Shown: one piece after another, positions 24,503 to 33,585 of the stretch
Layout: each line of letters begins with the position of its first letter
Numbering within the stretch: position 1 is the stretch's first letter
Source of the DNA: Patescibacteria group bacterium
GTDB lineage: Bacteria > Patescibacteriota > Doudnabacteria > UBA920
Assembly: GCA_036266555.1 (NCBI GenBank)
Contig: DATAMW010000030.1
Location: forward strand, 1-61,520
Direction: 5' to 3'
Length of the DNA stretch: 61,520 nt
Notes under the pieces: generated by a model
Database searches by the model: none
Told to the model about the DNA's origin: nothing
What the model saw: only the letters and a program-made list of their open reading frames with translations
Position numbers and translations under genes: made by a program

Positions 24503-27142
24503 ATGTACCTCAAACGACTTGAAACACAAGGATTTAAATCATTCGCTAGGAAAACAGTCTTAGAGTTTGAAACAGGAATTACGGCCATTGTTGGCCCGAA
24601 TGGCAGCGGTAAATCAAATACCGCTGATTCTTTGCGTTGGGTGTTAGGCGAACAGAGTTCTAAACTGATGCGCGGTAAAAAAAGTGAAGACGTAATTTTT
24701 GCTGGCTCTGACAAGAAAGCGCGCGCAGGGTTCGCAGAAGTAATTGCCACGTTCGACAATCGTGATCATAAAATTCCTGTGGATTCGGCTGAAGTCAGTA
24801 TTGGTCGTCGCATTACGCGCAGTGGTGACAGCGAGTATCTAATTAACGGCGCTAAAGTGCGTTTGTTAGACATTGTCGATTTAGTTTTAAAGTCGAACAT
24901 TGGTACATCGCGCTACACAGTTATTGGCCAAGGTACAATTGACCAAATGATTCTTGCTGGCCCTTCGGAAATTAAAAATTTAATTGATGAAGCTTCTGGC
25001 GTAAAAACATATTACATCAAACGCGATCGCACTTTGCGTCGTTTAGAACAAACAGCGCAAAATTTAATGCGCGCTGAAGATTTACTTCGCGAACTTGAAC
25101 CACGTGTAAAGTCGCTTCGCCGCCAAGCCAAGAGAATGGAAGCGCGCGAAGTTATTGAAGTAGATTTAAAAGCGTTTCAAAAAGAACATCTTGGTTCGCA
25201 GTGGTGGAATTTGAAGGAATCAATTGATGGATTGCAAAAACAACTTGCTGACTTGCAACTCAACCGTGCACAAGTAGAAAACGTGATGGCTGCGCACTTG
25301 GAAAAAATTGAACAGCATGAAAAAGAAAACGAAAAAGCTTTAGGTGATTACAAACACGTTCAAGAAAAATTGCAAAAACTGCAAACAGAAAAAAATAGTT
25401 TGCTTGAACAAGTGAGTTTAATTCGCGGCAAAATGACTAGCCAGAAAACTGGTGCTGGTGACAGCAACAGTTTGCAAATCGACAGCCACACTTTGGAACA
25501 AAAAATTATTGAAATCGAAACGCAGTTAGCAGCCAGTACAGCGCAGCACAAACAAGCTACTGAGCAAGCTGCCGCCCAAGAACAAGCTTTGGCTACAGTA
25601 AACGCGCAACTTACTGAACTATACACCGCACTTAGTAATCCGGCAGGTAGCGACTGGGCAGCGATTGAAGAACAACTGAATACTTTAGACAACACTTTTG
25701 TGCAATTTGCGCGCATTTTAGAAGATACCGACGATATCCATCAAATTCGCAACGCCACTGCTGGCGTAATGCACGCATGGAAAGAATTCAAAACTACAGC
25801 CAGTGAAGCAGCGAAGCATCCGGATTACAACAACAAATTGCAAGCGCAATTGCAGGAGTTAAACGCTCAAAAGGACAAGCTGTCTGCAGAGCAAAACACG
25901 TTAAGCATGACTGCGTCGAAAGCAGCGATGACTAAAGATTTTCTGGCTGGGCAATTAGCAACTTTGCAAAATGAAAAATTGCATGTTGATTTAGAATTGC
26001 GCAAAGCCAGCGGCAATGGCAACCAAGACACTTACGTGCAAGAGTTGGTGGCAGAGGAAAATAAAGTGCAGGAAAAAGTTGCTGTTGTGGCAGAACAAAT
26101 TACCAAACTTGAGCAGCAGATGCAAAGTTTTTATGATTCAGAATCAAATTGGAAGTCAGCAATTTCTGAAGAAGATAAACGCTTCCGTTCACAGCAAACC
26201 GAGCTTGACCGCATTCGCGACAACGAAGCTAAAGTGCAAGTTGAAAAAGCTAAATACGAAACCCAGTCCGACGCCATTGTCAGCGACATCGTCGCGCAGC
26301 TCGGCAGTGATATTTTAGAAAAAATTCAGGCACATCACATTAAAAAAGAAACTGACGGACTGGCAGAAAAAATTGCAAAGCTGCAACATCAGTTAGGACT
26401 CATTGGGGGAGTGGATGAACTGACTATTCAGGAATATCACGAAACAGAAAATCGTTACACAACTTTGGAAAATCAAGTTACAGATTTAAAAAAGAGTATG
26501 AATGATTTGCGAGCAGTCATGGACGAGTTAGACGAACACATTAAAACAAAGTTTAATGAGTCGTTCCACAAAGTGAATGCACAATTTGAACAATACTTTA
26601 GAATGTTGTTTAATGGTGGCCGTGCGTATTTGTCCTTAGTAAAATCTGGTGATGACAAAACCGAAGCCGAAGCAGTGTTAGACGCAGAAACAGCAGCGGA
26701 AGATGCTAAAGAAGCTGCAGAAGAAAAAGACGGAATGCGCCCTGAAGAAAAAATTATTGCCAAGTACGAAAAGGGCAACTTGGCTGTGGCTGGGGTAGAA
26801 ATCCGCGCCACCCCGCCAAACAAAAAATTGTCTGCAATCCAATCTTTATCCGGCGGCGAACGTTCGCTAACTTCCATTGCCTTGCTTTGTAGCTTGCTAA
26901 CATGTTTTCCATCGCCGTTCGTGGTGCTAGACGAAGTCGACGCTGCGCTCGACGAAGCTAATACAATTCGCTTTGGCCAAATCTTGGGCAAGCTGTCTCA
27001 TCAAACTCAATTCATTACCATTACACACAACCGCGAAACCATGGCTCAAGCCAACATTATTTATGGCGTAACTATGGGGGATGATGGTATCTCCCAGCTG
27101 CTTTCCATTAAAATGGATCAAGCCAAGACGTATGCCAAGTAA
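24503..27142 (+). CDS. smc: SMC-family chromosome segregation ATPase (short form, 879 aa)
   Basis: N-terminal head MYLKRLETQGFKSFA...IVGPNGSGKSN (Walker A). C-terminal head LSGGERSLTSIALL (signature) and FVVLDEVDAALD (Walker B). The long Q/E/A/L-rich middle looks like coiled coil. Confidence 0.85.
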   Translation: MYLKRLETQGFKSFARKTVLEFETGITAIVGPNGSGKSNTADSLRWVLGEQSSKLMRGKKSEDVIFAGSDKKARAGFAEVIATFDNRDHKIPVDSAEVSIGRRITRSGDSEYLINGAKVRLLDIVDLVLKSNIGTSRYTVIGQGTIDQMILAGPSEIKNLIDEASGVKTYYIKRDRTLRRLEQTAQNLMRAEDLLRELEPRVKSLRRQAKRMEAREVIEVDLKAFQKEHLGSQWWNLKESIDGLQKQLADLQLNRAQVENVMAAHLEKIEQHEKENEKALGDYKHVQEKLQKLQTEKNSLLEQVSLIRGKMTSQKTGAGDSNSLQIDSHTLEQKIIEIETQLAASTAQHKQATEQAAAQEQALATVNAQLTELYTALSNPAGSDWAAIEEQLNTLDNTFVQFARILEDTDDIHQIRNATAGVMHAWKEFKTTASEAAKHPDYNNKLQAQLQELNAQKDKLSAEQNTLSMTASKAAMTKDFLAGQLATLQNEKLHVDLELRKASGNGNQDTYVQELVAEENKVQEKVAVVAEQITKLEQQMQSFYDSESNWKSAISEEDKRFRSQQTELDRIRDNEAKVQVEKAKYETQSDAIVSDIVAQLGSDILEKIQAHHIKKETDGLAEKIAKLQHQLGLIGGVDELTIQEYHETENRYTTLENQVTDLKKSMNDLRAVMDELDEHIKTKFNESFHKVNAQFEQYFRMLFNGGRAYLSLVKSGDDKTEAEAVLDAETAAEDAKEAAEEKDGMRPEEKIIAKYEKGNLAVAGVEIRATPPNKKLSAIQSLSGGERSLTSIALLCSLLTCFPSPFVVLDEVDAALDEANTIRFGQILGKLSHQTQFITITHNRETMAQANIIYGVTMGDDGISQLLSIKMDQAKTYAK

Positions 27143-27154
27143 CCCATAACAGCC

Positions 27155-27183
27155 TTGACTAAAAGGACTTCCAGTGGTAAACT
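27155..27183 (+). promoter_or_regulatory. Candidate promoter (TTGACT-17-TAAACT) for rpsP, embedded in the smc terminator hairpin
   Basis: -35 at 27155-27160, 17-nt spacer, -10 at 27178-27183. Overlaps the hairpin at 27164-27194. Confidence 0.35.
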
Positions 27184-27199
27184 ATGGAAGTCCTTTTTA
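27164..27199 (+). terminator. Intrinsic terminator after smc
   Basis: AGGACTTCCA-gtggtaaacta-TGGAAGTCCT followed by T5. Confidence 0.7.
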
Positions 27200-27259
27200 T
27201 TGATGAGACCGTCAAACTCAATCAATGAAGCAATCTATCAATTATATAAATTCATTTAA

Positions 27260-27790
27260 ATGTTAACTATCCGCCTACAACGTGCAGGCAAAAAGAACAA
27301 ACCGGAGTACCGAATTGTTCTTGCAGATAAAACTGCAGCTGCGCAAAAGAAATTTACCGAAGTGCTTGGTTCTTACAACCCGCACACTAAAGCTCTAACT
27401 ATCCGCGATCAAGAACGCTTGAATTACTGGAAAGATGAACAGCATGTTGAACTATCTGCAACTGTTCGCAACCTGTTGATCACTAAAGAAATTATCAAAG
27501 GTGATAAAACTAAAGCTTTCACTATTCCTAAAAAGGAAGTAGTTGCTGAGGAAGCACCAGCAGCTCCAGCGGAAACTTCAACTGAAGCTCCTGCAACCGA
27601 AGAAGCTCCTAGCGAAACACCTGCTGAAGAAGTAGCAGAAGCTGTTGCTCCAGAAGCGCCAGCCGAAGTAGAGACACCTGCTGAACCAGAAGCTCCAGTA
27701 GCTGAAGCAGCTCCTGAAGTTGAGGCTCCAGCTGAAACTCCAACAGAAACACCAGCAGAAGCTCCTGCAACAGAAGAAACTCAAGTCTAA
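27260..27790 (+). CDS. rpsP: 30S ribosomal protein bS16 with a ~90-aa A/E/P/T-rich C-terminal extension
   Basis: MLTIRLQRAGKKNKPEYRIVLADK...GSYNP is the canonical S16 start. From about residue 95 the sequence is EEAPAAPAETSTEAPATEEAP... low complexity. Confidence 0.92.
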   Translation: MLTIRLQRAGKKNKPEYRIVLADKTAAAQKKFTEVLGSYNPHTKALTIRDQERLNYWKDEQHVELSATVRNLLITKEIIKGDKTKAFTIPKKEVVAEEAPAAPAETSTEAPATEEAPSETPAEEVAEAVAPEAPAEVETPAEPEAPVAEAAPEVEAPAETPTETPAEAPATEETQV

Positions 27791-27805
27791 AATTTTAGTT
27801 TAAAA

Positions 27806-27828
27806 CTCCGCCTTCGGGCGGTTTTTTA
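27806..27828 (+). terminator. Intrinsic terminator after rpsP
   Basis: CTCCGCC-ttcg-GGCGG followed by T6. Confidence 0.75.
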
Positions 27829-27857
27829 TTGACTTTTTGTCTACCTCATCGTATGAT
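27829..27857 (+). promoter_or_regulatory. Sigma70-type promoter (TTGACT-17-TATGAT) for the first small anchored protein gene
   Basis: -35 at 27829-27834, 17-nt spacer, -10 at 27852-27857. Confidence 0.5.
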
Positions 27858-27915
27858 ATTAGTAATAAAGCTCATACAGAGCAAACGACAAAGAAATAAA
27901 AATTAATCAAAAAGA

Positions 27916-28395
27916 ATGAACAATAATAAGATGATCACGCTAGGCGTGTTAGTCCTAGCCCTTATAGTAGCAGCGGTTTTGTATTTTAATATGCAAAATA
28001 ATAAAAAAGATGTTGCTATGAACACAAATGTTCCTGAAAAAACTAAGGAAATTGTGAAAACTGATGTAGAAACTAACAAATCTCCGGAAAAATTCCCAAC
28101 TGACATTCCAATCGAATCTGGCGCTACAATTACCCAAAACTACAATGCGACTGCTCCAGATGGCCGTTTCCAAGCCACTCGCGCATTCACTAGTAAGAAA
28201 ACATTGGGCGAAAACTACGCACTTTACAAAGAATGGATGAATTCTAATGGTTGGACCATTGCTTCATCAGTTGATCAGCCAACCTATAAAATGGTTTCTG
28301 GCACTAAAGGCAAGCAAACTCTCCAAGCCTCAATTAGCGAAAATAGCTCTACTAAAGAAGTTACAGTTACCTTATCTTTGACAATTCTCCCTTAA
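27916..28395 (+). CDS. Small N-terminally membrane-anchored protein, family member S1 (unknown function)
   Basis: One N-terminal TM helix, then a ~110-aa domain with the block PEKFPTDIPIESGATITQNYNATAPDGRFQATRAF shared with the ORFs at 33586 and 34067. Confidence 0.7.
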   Translation: MNNNKMITLGVLVLALIVAAVLYFNMQNNKKDVAMNTNVPEKTKEIVKTDVETNKSPEKFPTDIPIESGATITQNYNATAPDGRFQATRAFTSKKTLGENYALYKEWMNSNGWTIASSVDQPTYKMVSGTKGKQTLQASISENSSTKEVTVTLSLTILP

Positions 28396-28411
28396 TTTAG
28401 CCTCTTTTTTA

Positions 28412-28440
28412 AAACTCCCTTGTTTGGGAGTTTTATTTTA
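28412..28440 (+). terminator. Intrinsic terminator after S1
   Basis: AAAACTCCC-ttgttt-GGGAGTTTT followed by ATTTT. Confidence 0.65.
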
Positions 28441-28461
28441 GCTTAATGTGGGGCATTTTAC

Positions 28462-28490
28462 TTGATTTTTCCGTGCATTCGTGCTATAAT
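28462..28490 (+). promoter_or_regulatory. Sigma70-type promoter (TTGATT-17-TATAAT) for giant protein G1
   Basis: -35 at 28462-28467, 17-nt spacer, -10 at 28485-28490. Confidence 0.55.
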
Positions 28491-28531
28491 TAAGTTAATA
28501 AAAAGTCAGAGTTCGAAACAAAAACAAATAA

Positions 28532-31500
28532 ATGAGTAAGAAATTCTTAAATGCGCACGCAAGACAGTGGTTCTTGATGATTTTCGGTCTTTTTGCTATG
28601 GTTTTCCCTCTAAAATCTAATTTTAGGAAAATTACCCATATTGCCGTTCTAATAGCAATATTAGTTGGAACAATTAGTGCTGGAACATTAATCAATCCAA
28701 ATGTAGCCCACGCTAGTTGTGATCCGGCCACTCAGCAGCAAGATTATCAGGCTCCAACGGTTTCAATTTCTCAGCCAACTGGTTCTTACACAGATCCAGG
28801 AAGTATGAGCATTGCGATTTCCGGTCAATTGGCTTATTACTGTGAAGGCTTTGTTGGTGGTGGCGCTGGTTACCAAAATACAGCTACCTCGGTAAACTAC
28901 CAAATTACTAATGACTCAAACGGGAGCATGCTATTTTCTAATACATGGAACTCTCCCTCATGTCCAAACCCATTAGCTTGTTTGCCTGGGCCTTATAATA
29001 TTTCTGATACTGCTAATGCTTCTTTGTGGGGCACAGCAAGTTATACAATTACAGCTAGTGTGTATGATAATACCCAGCATTCAGCAGGTAACCCAAACCC
29101 TATTGCTACAAGCTTTAATCATTTTACAGTTACCCGCACCGCAGCAGTAGGTTATGAAATTCAAGGTAGTCTTGCGATCCAGTCTGTTACTCCTGATCCT
29201 TCGGATACATCGATAAATGTATCTGGAACAGGAACTGGTGGCTATTGGTCTCGAGGAGGCCCTCGTTGTTTCTTTGGATCTAATCGCTCTGAAGCGTTCA
29301 TTCGCATGCAACTGGTTACAACTACGCCTGCCAATGGACCTTATCCGCCAGGATCTGACAGTATTACAAATAATTCTTATCACAATCCACCGCCATCAAG
29401 TTACTCAACAATTTATAAGATAGATGGATCAACTGCTGGCACTTATCCATTAGTTCTGACTTATTCAGGCAGTGATGTTCCTGGAGATCCTAATTGTAAT
29501 ACTACTCCAGATCCGATGGGTTATTCTTTCAATTTTTCTATCAATACTACTGGATTAACTAATGGTCAGCACACAGTGACTGTTACTGCTTGGGATGAGT
29601 CCAAGAAAATGGTAGTTTCTTCTACTTACACATTCACAGTGTCTCATCCAGTTGTCCTTACTCCAGACTGGTCTGTATCTTGTACTCCAGCTTCTGTAAC
29701 CCTGACCCAAGGGAACTCTGGTAGCTATTCTTTATCTACATCACCGATTAATGGATTTAAATCTGCTGTAACTTTTAGCGGCCCATCTTACAGCCCGAAT
29801 CCAGGAGTTGCTCCAAGTGTATCTTTTTCAAACAACTCTCAAGCTCCTTCAGCAACGACTACAGCTATTATAAATACAACAGCATCTACATCACCAGGCA
29901 CATATACCTTAACATTCACTGGCACAGATGGCTTAAATACACACACCTGTTCTGTGCAGTTGATAGTGCAGGCGCTCCCGTCTCCGACAGTAGTGTTATC
30001 TTTTAGCTCTTCGAGCACTGTTACTACTCAAACGATTGCCTCTGGAGCAAGTACAACTATATATTGGACTCCAACCAATACTACTGCCGGTACAAACTGT
30101 ACAGCCAGTAATGCTTGGAGCGGAGCACAAGGCAGTAACTCTGGACAGCAATATAGTTATGCTACCCCATCAATGTCTTCTTTTGGCAGCCCGTATACAT
30201 TTAGCATACAGTGTACTGGGCCAGGTGGAACCACCTCTCTGACCAGTATTGTATTAACAGTTTCAGCTAGTCCAGATTTCTCACTTTCGTGTACTCCATC
30301 GTCTCTTACTCTTACTCAAGGGAACTCCGGTAGCTACTCCTTAACAACTACGCCGTTAAACGGTTACACTGCTAAGGTTACTTTTTCAGGGCCTTCGTAT
30401 AGCCCAACTCCAGGTGTGGCGCCGTCAATTAGTTTTTCAAACAACACCCAAATTCCTAGTGCTACTACTACAGCACTTGTTACTACTACTACATCCACTT
30501 CTCCAGGCACATACAACCTAACTTTCACAGGCACAGGTAGCGGAGCAACTCATAATTGTTCTGTGCAATTAATAGTTACTGCAGTGGCTACTCCAGCAGT
30601 AGAGCTTTCTTTTAGCCCTCATCCAAGTGTGATAACAACCCAAACAATTTCTGCTGGATCAAGCGCTACTTTGTATTGGTATCCAACCAACACTACTGCA
30701 GGTACAAACTGTACTGCCAGCAATGCTTGGGGTGGAGCTTTGGGTAGTAATCCAGGCCAGCAATACAGTCAATCAACTGGCGCCATGCCAGCGGGTACTT
30801 ATACTTATACGATTCAATGTACTGGGCCAGGGGGAAGCACCTCTCCAGCTAGCGTTACATTAACGGTTTCTTCTGCCCCTGTTCCAGACTGGTCTATATC
30901 TTGTACTCCAGCTTCTATCACAATCACTCAAGGCAACTCCGGTAGTTACTCTCTTTCTACATCACCAATTAATGGATTTGCTTCTGCTGTAACCTTTAGC
31001 GGTCCTTCGTACAGCCCATCTCCTGGCGTTGCGCCAAGCATATCTTTTTCAAACAACGGCCAAGTGCCAAGTGCCACTACTACAGCAATTGTTACTACAA
31101 CTGGCTCTACTTCTGCAGGTACATATACTTTAACTTTCACAGGTACAGGTGGCTCAATTACGCACACTTGTTCTGTGCAGTTGATAGTGCAAGCTGTATC
31201 AGTCACTGCTTCTGTAGACATTAAGTGTAACGGTACTGATGGACCATGTCCTGTGGCATCCGGAGGCAGCGCCACTTTGTCATGGACTTCTAGTAATTGT
31301 ACTGGTATTTCTATTGACCAAGGCATTGGCGGCGTGGCTGCCACTGGAACCACTCCAACCGGCAGTACATTCTCGACTAAAACTTTTATTATTACTTGTA
31401 CAGCTGTCTCTGGTGATGTTACTGACTCAGTGACCATAACAGTAAATCCTGCAGACTGGTCTTTGTCTTGTACTCCAGCCTCTATCACTGTTCCTCAAGG

Positions 31501-33529
31501 TAATTCAGGCAGTTATTCTTTATCTACATCACCAATCAATGGATTCTCTTCTGGAGTGACATTCAGCGGTCCTTCGTACAGCCCAACTCCAGGGAATGCC
31601 CCAGGCATTAGTTTCTTTAGCAATGGCCAAGTGCCAAGCGCGACTACTACTGCCTTCGTTACTACTTCTGCGCTCACCACTGCAGGAACATATACCTTAA
31701 CTTTCACAGGTACAGGCGGCGGCATTACCCATACTTGTTCTGTCCAATTGATAGTGCAGACAGTAGCGGTGACTTCAGGCATTGATTTAAAATGTAATGG
31801 CACAGATGGACCGTGTACGGTTATTTCTGGTGGCAGTGCAACTTTGTCTTGGGTGCCAACTAATTGTTCTGGTACTCTTGATATGGAACCAGGCGGTATG
31901 ACTCTTGCAAACTCCCCAGGCTCAATGTCTACGGGCCCACTATTTAGTAGTCGCAATTATTTCCTTTCCTGTTTTGATGGCTCAGGCGGATCTTATTCTG
32001 ATTCTGTTACAGTCAACGTTGGTGTTGATTGGTCTTTGTCATGTAGCCCGAGTGCGGGTACTGTATCGCCTGGTGGTTCAACCAGCTTCTCTTTGTCGAC
32101 TAGCCCAGTAGGTGCATTCGGTGGCGCCATTACTTTCAGTGGGCCAACTTACAGCCCAACTCCAGGGGTGGCCCCATCTGTAAGTTTCACAAATAATAAT
32201 CAACTGACACCAGCTACGACGACAGCCATAATTTCAACAACTGGCTCTACTTCCACAGGTGTATATAATATAACGTTCACTGGAGTCATGACTGGCAGTG
32301 GCGGCATGTTCCCACACAGCTGTACTGTGCAGTTGACGATTGGTTCGGCTCCGCCACCTTCAGACTGGACGTTATCATGTACCCCACCTTCGGCAAGTAT
32401 TATGGCAGGAAATTCTACAAGTTTTTCATTATCTACTACTCCAGTTAGCGGCTTTAACAAGGCTGTCACTTTTAGTGCTCCAACCTATTTCCCAACTCCT
32501 AGCACGCCACCATCAGTTTCTTTTTCAGGCAATAGTCAGGTGCCGTCTGCTGTAACAACTGCGATTATTACCACTACATCGAGTACGTCCACTGGAACCT
32601 ATACGCTTCAGTTTAATGGCGTTGGCAATGGGATTACGCATATTTGTAGTGTCTCGTTGACTATTAGTGGTGGGCAACCGGCTACTCCAATAAACGTGAC
32701 TACTTCCAATTTCCCTTGTGGCACAGTGACTGTGAGTTGGGCGCCAGGGACACCGTCGACTCCAGCCCCAAGTGGGTACAGAGTTTTCCGAGGCACTAGC
32801 TCGAATCCATCTTTTGGAACTTGGACACTAATTTCTAAGCCAACGAAAACAGATCCTGATCCGTTGCCTCCAACCCAAACCAGCTGGCAAGATACCAGCC
32901 CTGGTTACAGCAGTAATTATTACAAGGTTTTGGCTTACAATGGGCTCACTGCGTCTAATGACCCAGGTACTGCCACTTTGGGTAATGCTGCGGCTTGTGC
33001 AGGAGCTTTGACTAGCTCAGATATAGACCTTACTCAGGTGTCTGGAAAAATTAATAAAACCTTTAGTGCAATTTCTTGTAATGGTACTTCTGATGTGGCT
33101 ACGTTGCCTAACAACGCCTTATTCACAGTAGGCGATAGAGTAACATTCAAACTTAATGTTTGTAATTCTGGCTCAGCTGGTTTAACAAGTGTGTCAGTAT
33201 CTAATCCTCTCACCAATATCACCAGTCCAACCGTGGCCACGGCCTCACCTTCTGGTTGTGTAACCGGGCAATCATATAATGTGCTCTCAAATACCTTTAC
33301 CTTTAATTTAGCTGACCTACCATCTGGTGGCGGCTCTACGCAGGTTTGTAGTATTACTTATACAGCAACAGTGACGGCGCCAGCTTCTGCGCCTGGCAGT
33401 GTTTATCGATTCTTGAGCGCAGCCACTATTTATAGTACAGAACTTGGAAGCTATCCAATTACTACGCCACCGTATTTGTTTGGAAATACTTCCACTGTTC
33501 CAGATCGTACTGAAACAGCGCCGCAATAA
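28532..33529 (+). CDS. Giant secreted surface protein G1 (1665 aa): conserved head, six A-type and four B-type Cys-paired Ig-like modules, FN3, DUF11-like tail
   Basis: Signal peptide ending VAHA|SC. ~330-aa head shared with G2. Repeated ~100-aa modules beginning DWS(V/I/L)SCTP...GNSGSYSLSTSPINGF...THTCSVQLIVQA alternate with ~95-aa modules. C-terminal FN3-like (GYRVFRG...YYKVLAYN) and DUF11-like domain. Ends VPDRTETAPQ. The true start may be the internal ATG at 28598. Confidence 0.8.
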   Translation: MSKKFLNAHARQWFLMIFGLFAMVFPLKSNFRKITHIAVLIAILVGTISAGTLINPNVAHASCDPATQQQDYQAPTVSISQPTGSYTDPGSMSIAISGQLAYYCEGFVGGGAGYQNTATSVNYQITNDSNGSMLFSNTWNSPSCPNPLACLPGPYNISDTANASLWGTASYTITASVYDNTQHSAGNPNPIATSFNHFTVTRTAAVGYEIQGSLAIQSVTPDPSDTSINVSGTGTGGYWSRGGPRCFFGSNRSEAFIRMQLVTTTPANGPYPPGSDSITNNSYHNPPPSSYSTIYKIDGSTAGTYPLVLTYSGSDVPGDPNCNTTPDPMGYSFNFSINTTGLTNGQHTVTVTAWDESKKMVVSSTYTFTVSHPVVLTPDWSVSCTPASVTLTQGNSGSYSLSTSPINGFKSAVTFSGPSYSPNPGVAPSVSFSNNSQAPSATTTAIINTTASTSPGTYTLTFTGTDGLNTHTCSVQLIVQALPSPTVVLSFSSSSTVTTQTIASGASTTIYWTPTNTTAGTNCTASNAWSGAQGSNSGQQYSYATPSMSSFGSPYTFSIQCTGPGGTTSLTSIVLTVSASPDFSLSCTPSSLTLTQGNSGSYSLTTTPLNGYTAKVTFSGPSYSPTPGVAPSISFSNNTQIPSATTTALVTTTTSTSPGTYNLTFTGTGSGATHNCSVQLIVTAVATPAVELSFSPHPSVITTQTISAGSSATLYWYPTNTTAGTNCTASNAWGGALGSNPGQQYSQSTGAMPAGTYTYTIQCTGPGGSTSPASVTLTVSSAPVPDWSISCTPASITITQGNSGSYSLSTSPINGFASAVTFSGPSYSPSPGVAPSISFSNNGQVPSATTTAIVTTTGSTSAGTYTLTFTGTGGSITHTCSVQLIVQAVSVTASVDIKCNGTDGPCPVASGGSATLSWTSSNCTGISIDQGIGGVAATGTTPTGSTFSTKTFIITCTAVSGDVTDSVTITVNPADWSLSCTPASITVPQGNSGSYSLSTSPINGFSSGVTFSGPSYSPTPGNAPGISFFSNGQVPSATTTAFVTTSALTTAGTYTLTFTGTGGGITHTCSVQLIVQTVAVTSGIDLKCNGTDGPCTVISGGSATLSWVPTNCSGTLDMEPGGMTLANSPGSMSTGPLFSSRNYFLSCFDGSGGSYSDSVTVNVGVDWSLSCSPSAGTVSPGGSTSFSLSTSPVGAFGGAITFSGPTYSPTPGVAPSVSFTNNNQLTPATTTAIISTTGSTSTGVYNITFTGVMTGSGGMFPHSCTVQLTIGSAPPPSDWTLSCTPPSASIMAGNSTSFSLSTTPVSGFNKAVTFSAPTYFPTPSTPPSVSFSGNSQVPSAVTTAIITTTSSTSTGTYTLQFNGVGNGITHICSVSLTISGGQPATPINVTTSNFPCGTVTVSWAPGTPSTPAPSGYRVFRGTSSNPSFGTWTLISKPTKTDPDPLPPTQTSWQDTSPGYSSNYYKVLAYNGLTASNDPGTATLGNAAACAGALTSSDIDLTQVSGKINKTFSAISCNGTSDVATLPNNALFTVGDRVTFKLNVCNSGSAGLTSVSVSNPLTNITSPTVATASPSGCVTGQSYNVLSNTFTFNLADLPSGGGSTQVCSITYTATVTAPASAPGSVYRFLSAATIYSTELGSYPITTPPYLFGNTSTVPDRTETAPQ
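29663..32680 (+). repeat. In-frame tandem module repeats inside G1
   Basis: A-module starts read at 29663, 30272, 30884, 31451, 32024 and 32360, giving spacings of 609, 612, 567, 573 and 336 nt. The copies are clearly related but diverged at the nucleotide level. Confidence 0.85.
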
Positions 33530-33531
33530 TG

Positions 33532-33554
33532 TGATATGCTTAATATAAGCATAT
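33532..33554 (+). terminator. Hairpin after G1 (weak terminator)
   Basis: GATATGCTT-aatat-AAGCATATC (9-bp AT-rich stem) followed by TTTAAAT. Confidence 0.4.
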
Positions 33555-33585
33555 CTTTAAATAGAGTAGAAATTAAAATAAACAT

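Noticed and set aside
29663-32680. CRISPR array or diversity-generating retroelement (template/variable repeat) as an explanation for the repeats in G1
   Set aside because: The repeats are long (336-612 nt), in-frame and protein-coding, with no short unique spacers. No reverse transcriptase is present in the window. Differences between copies are spread over all four bases, not confined to adenines.
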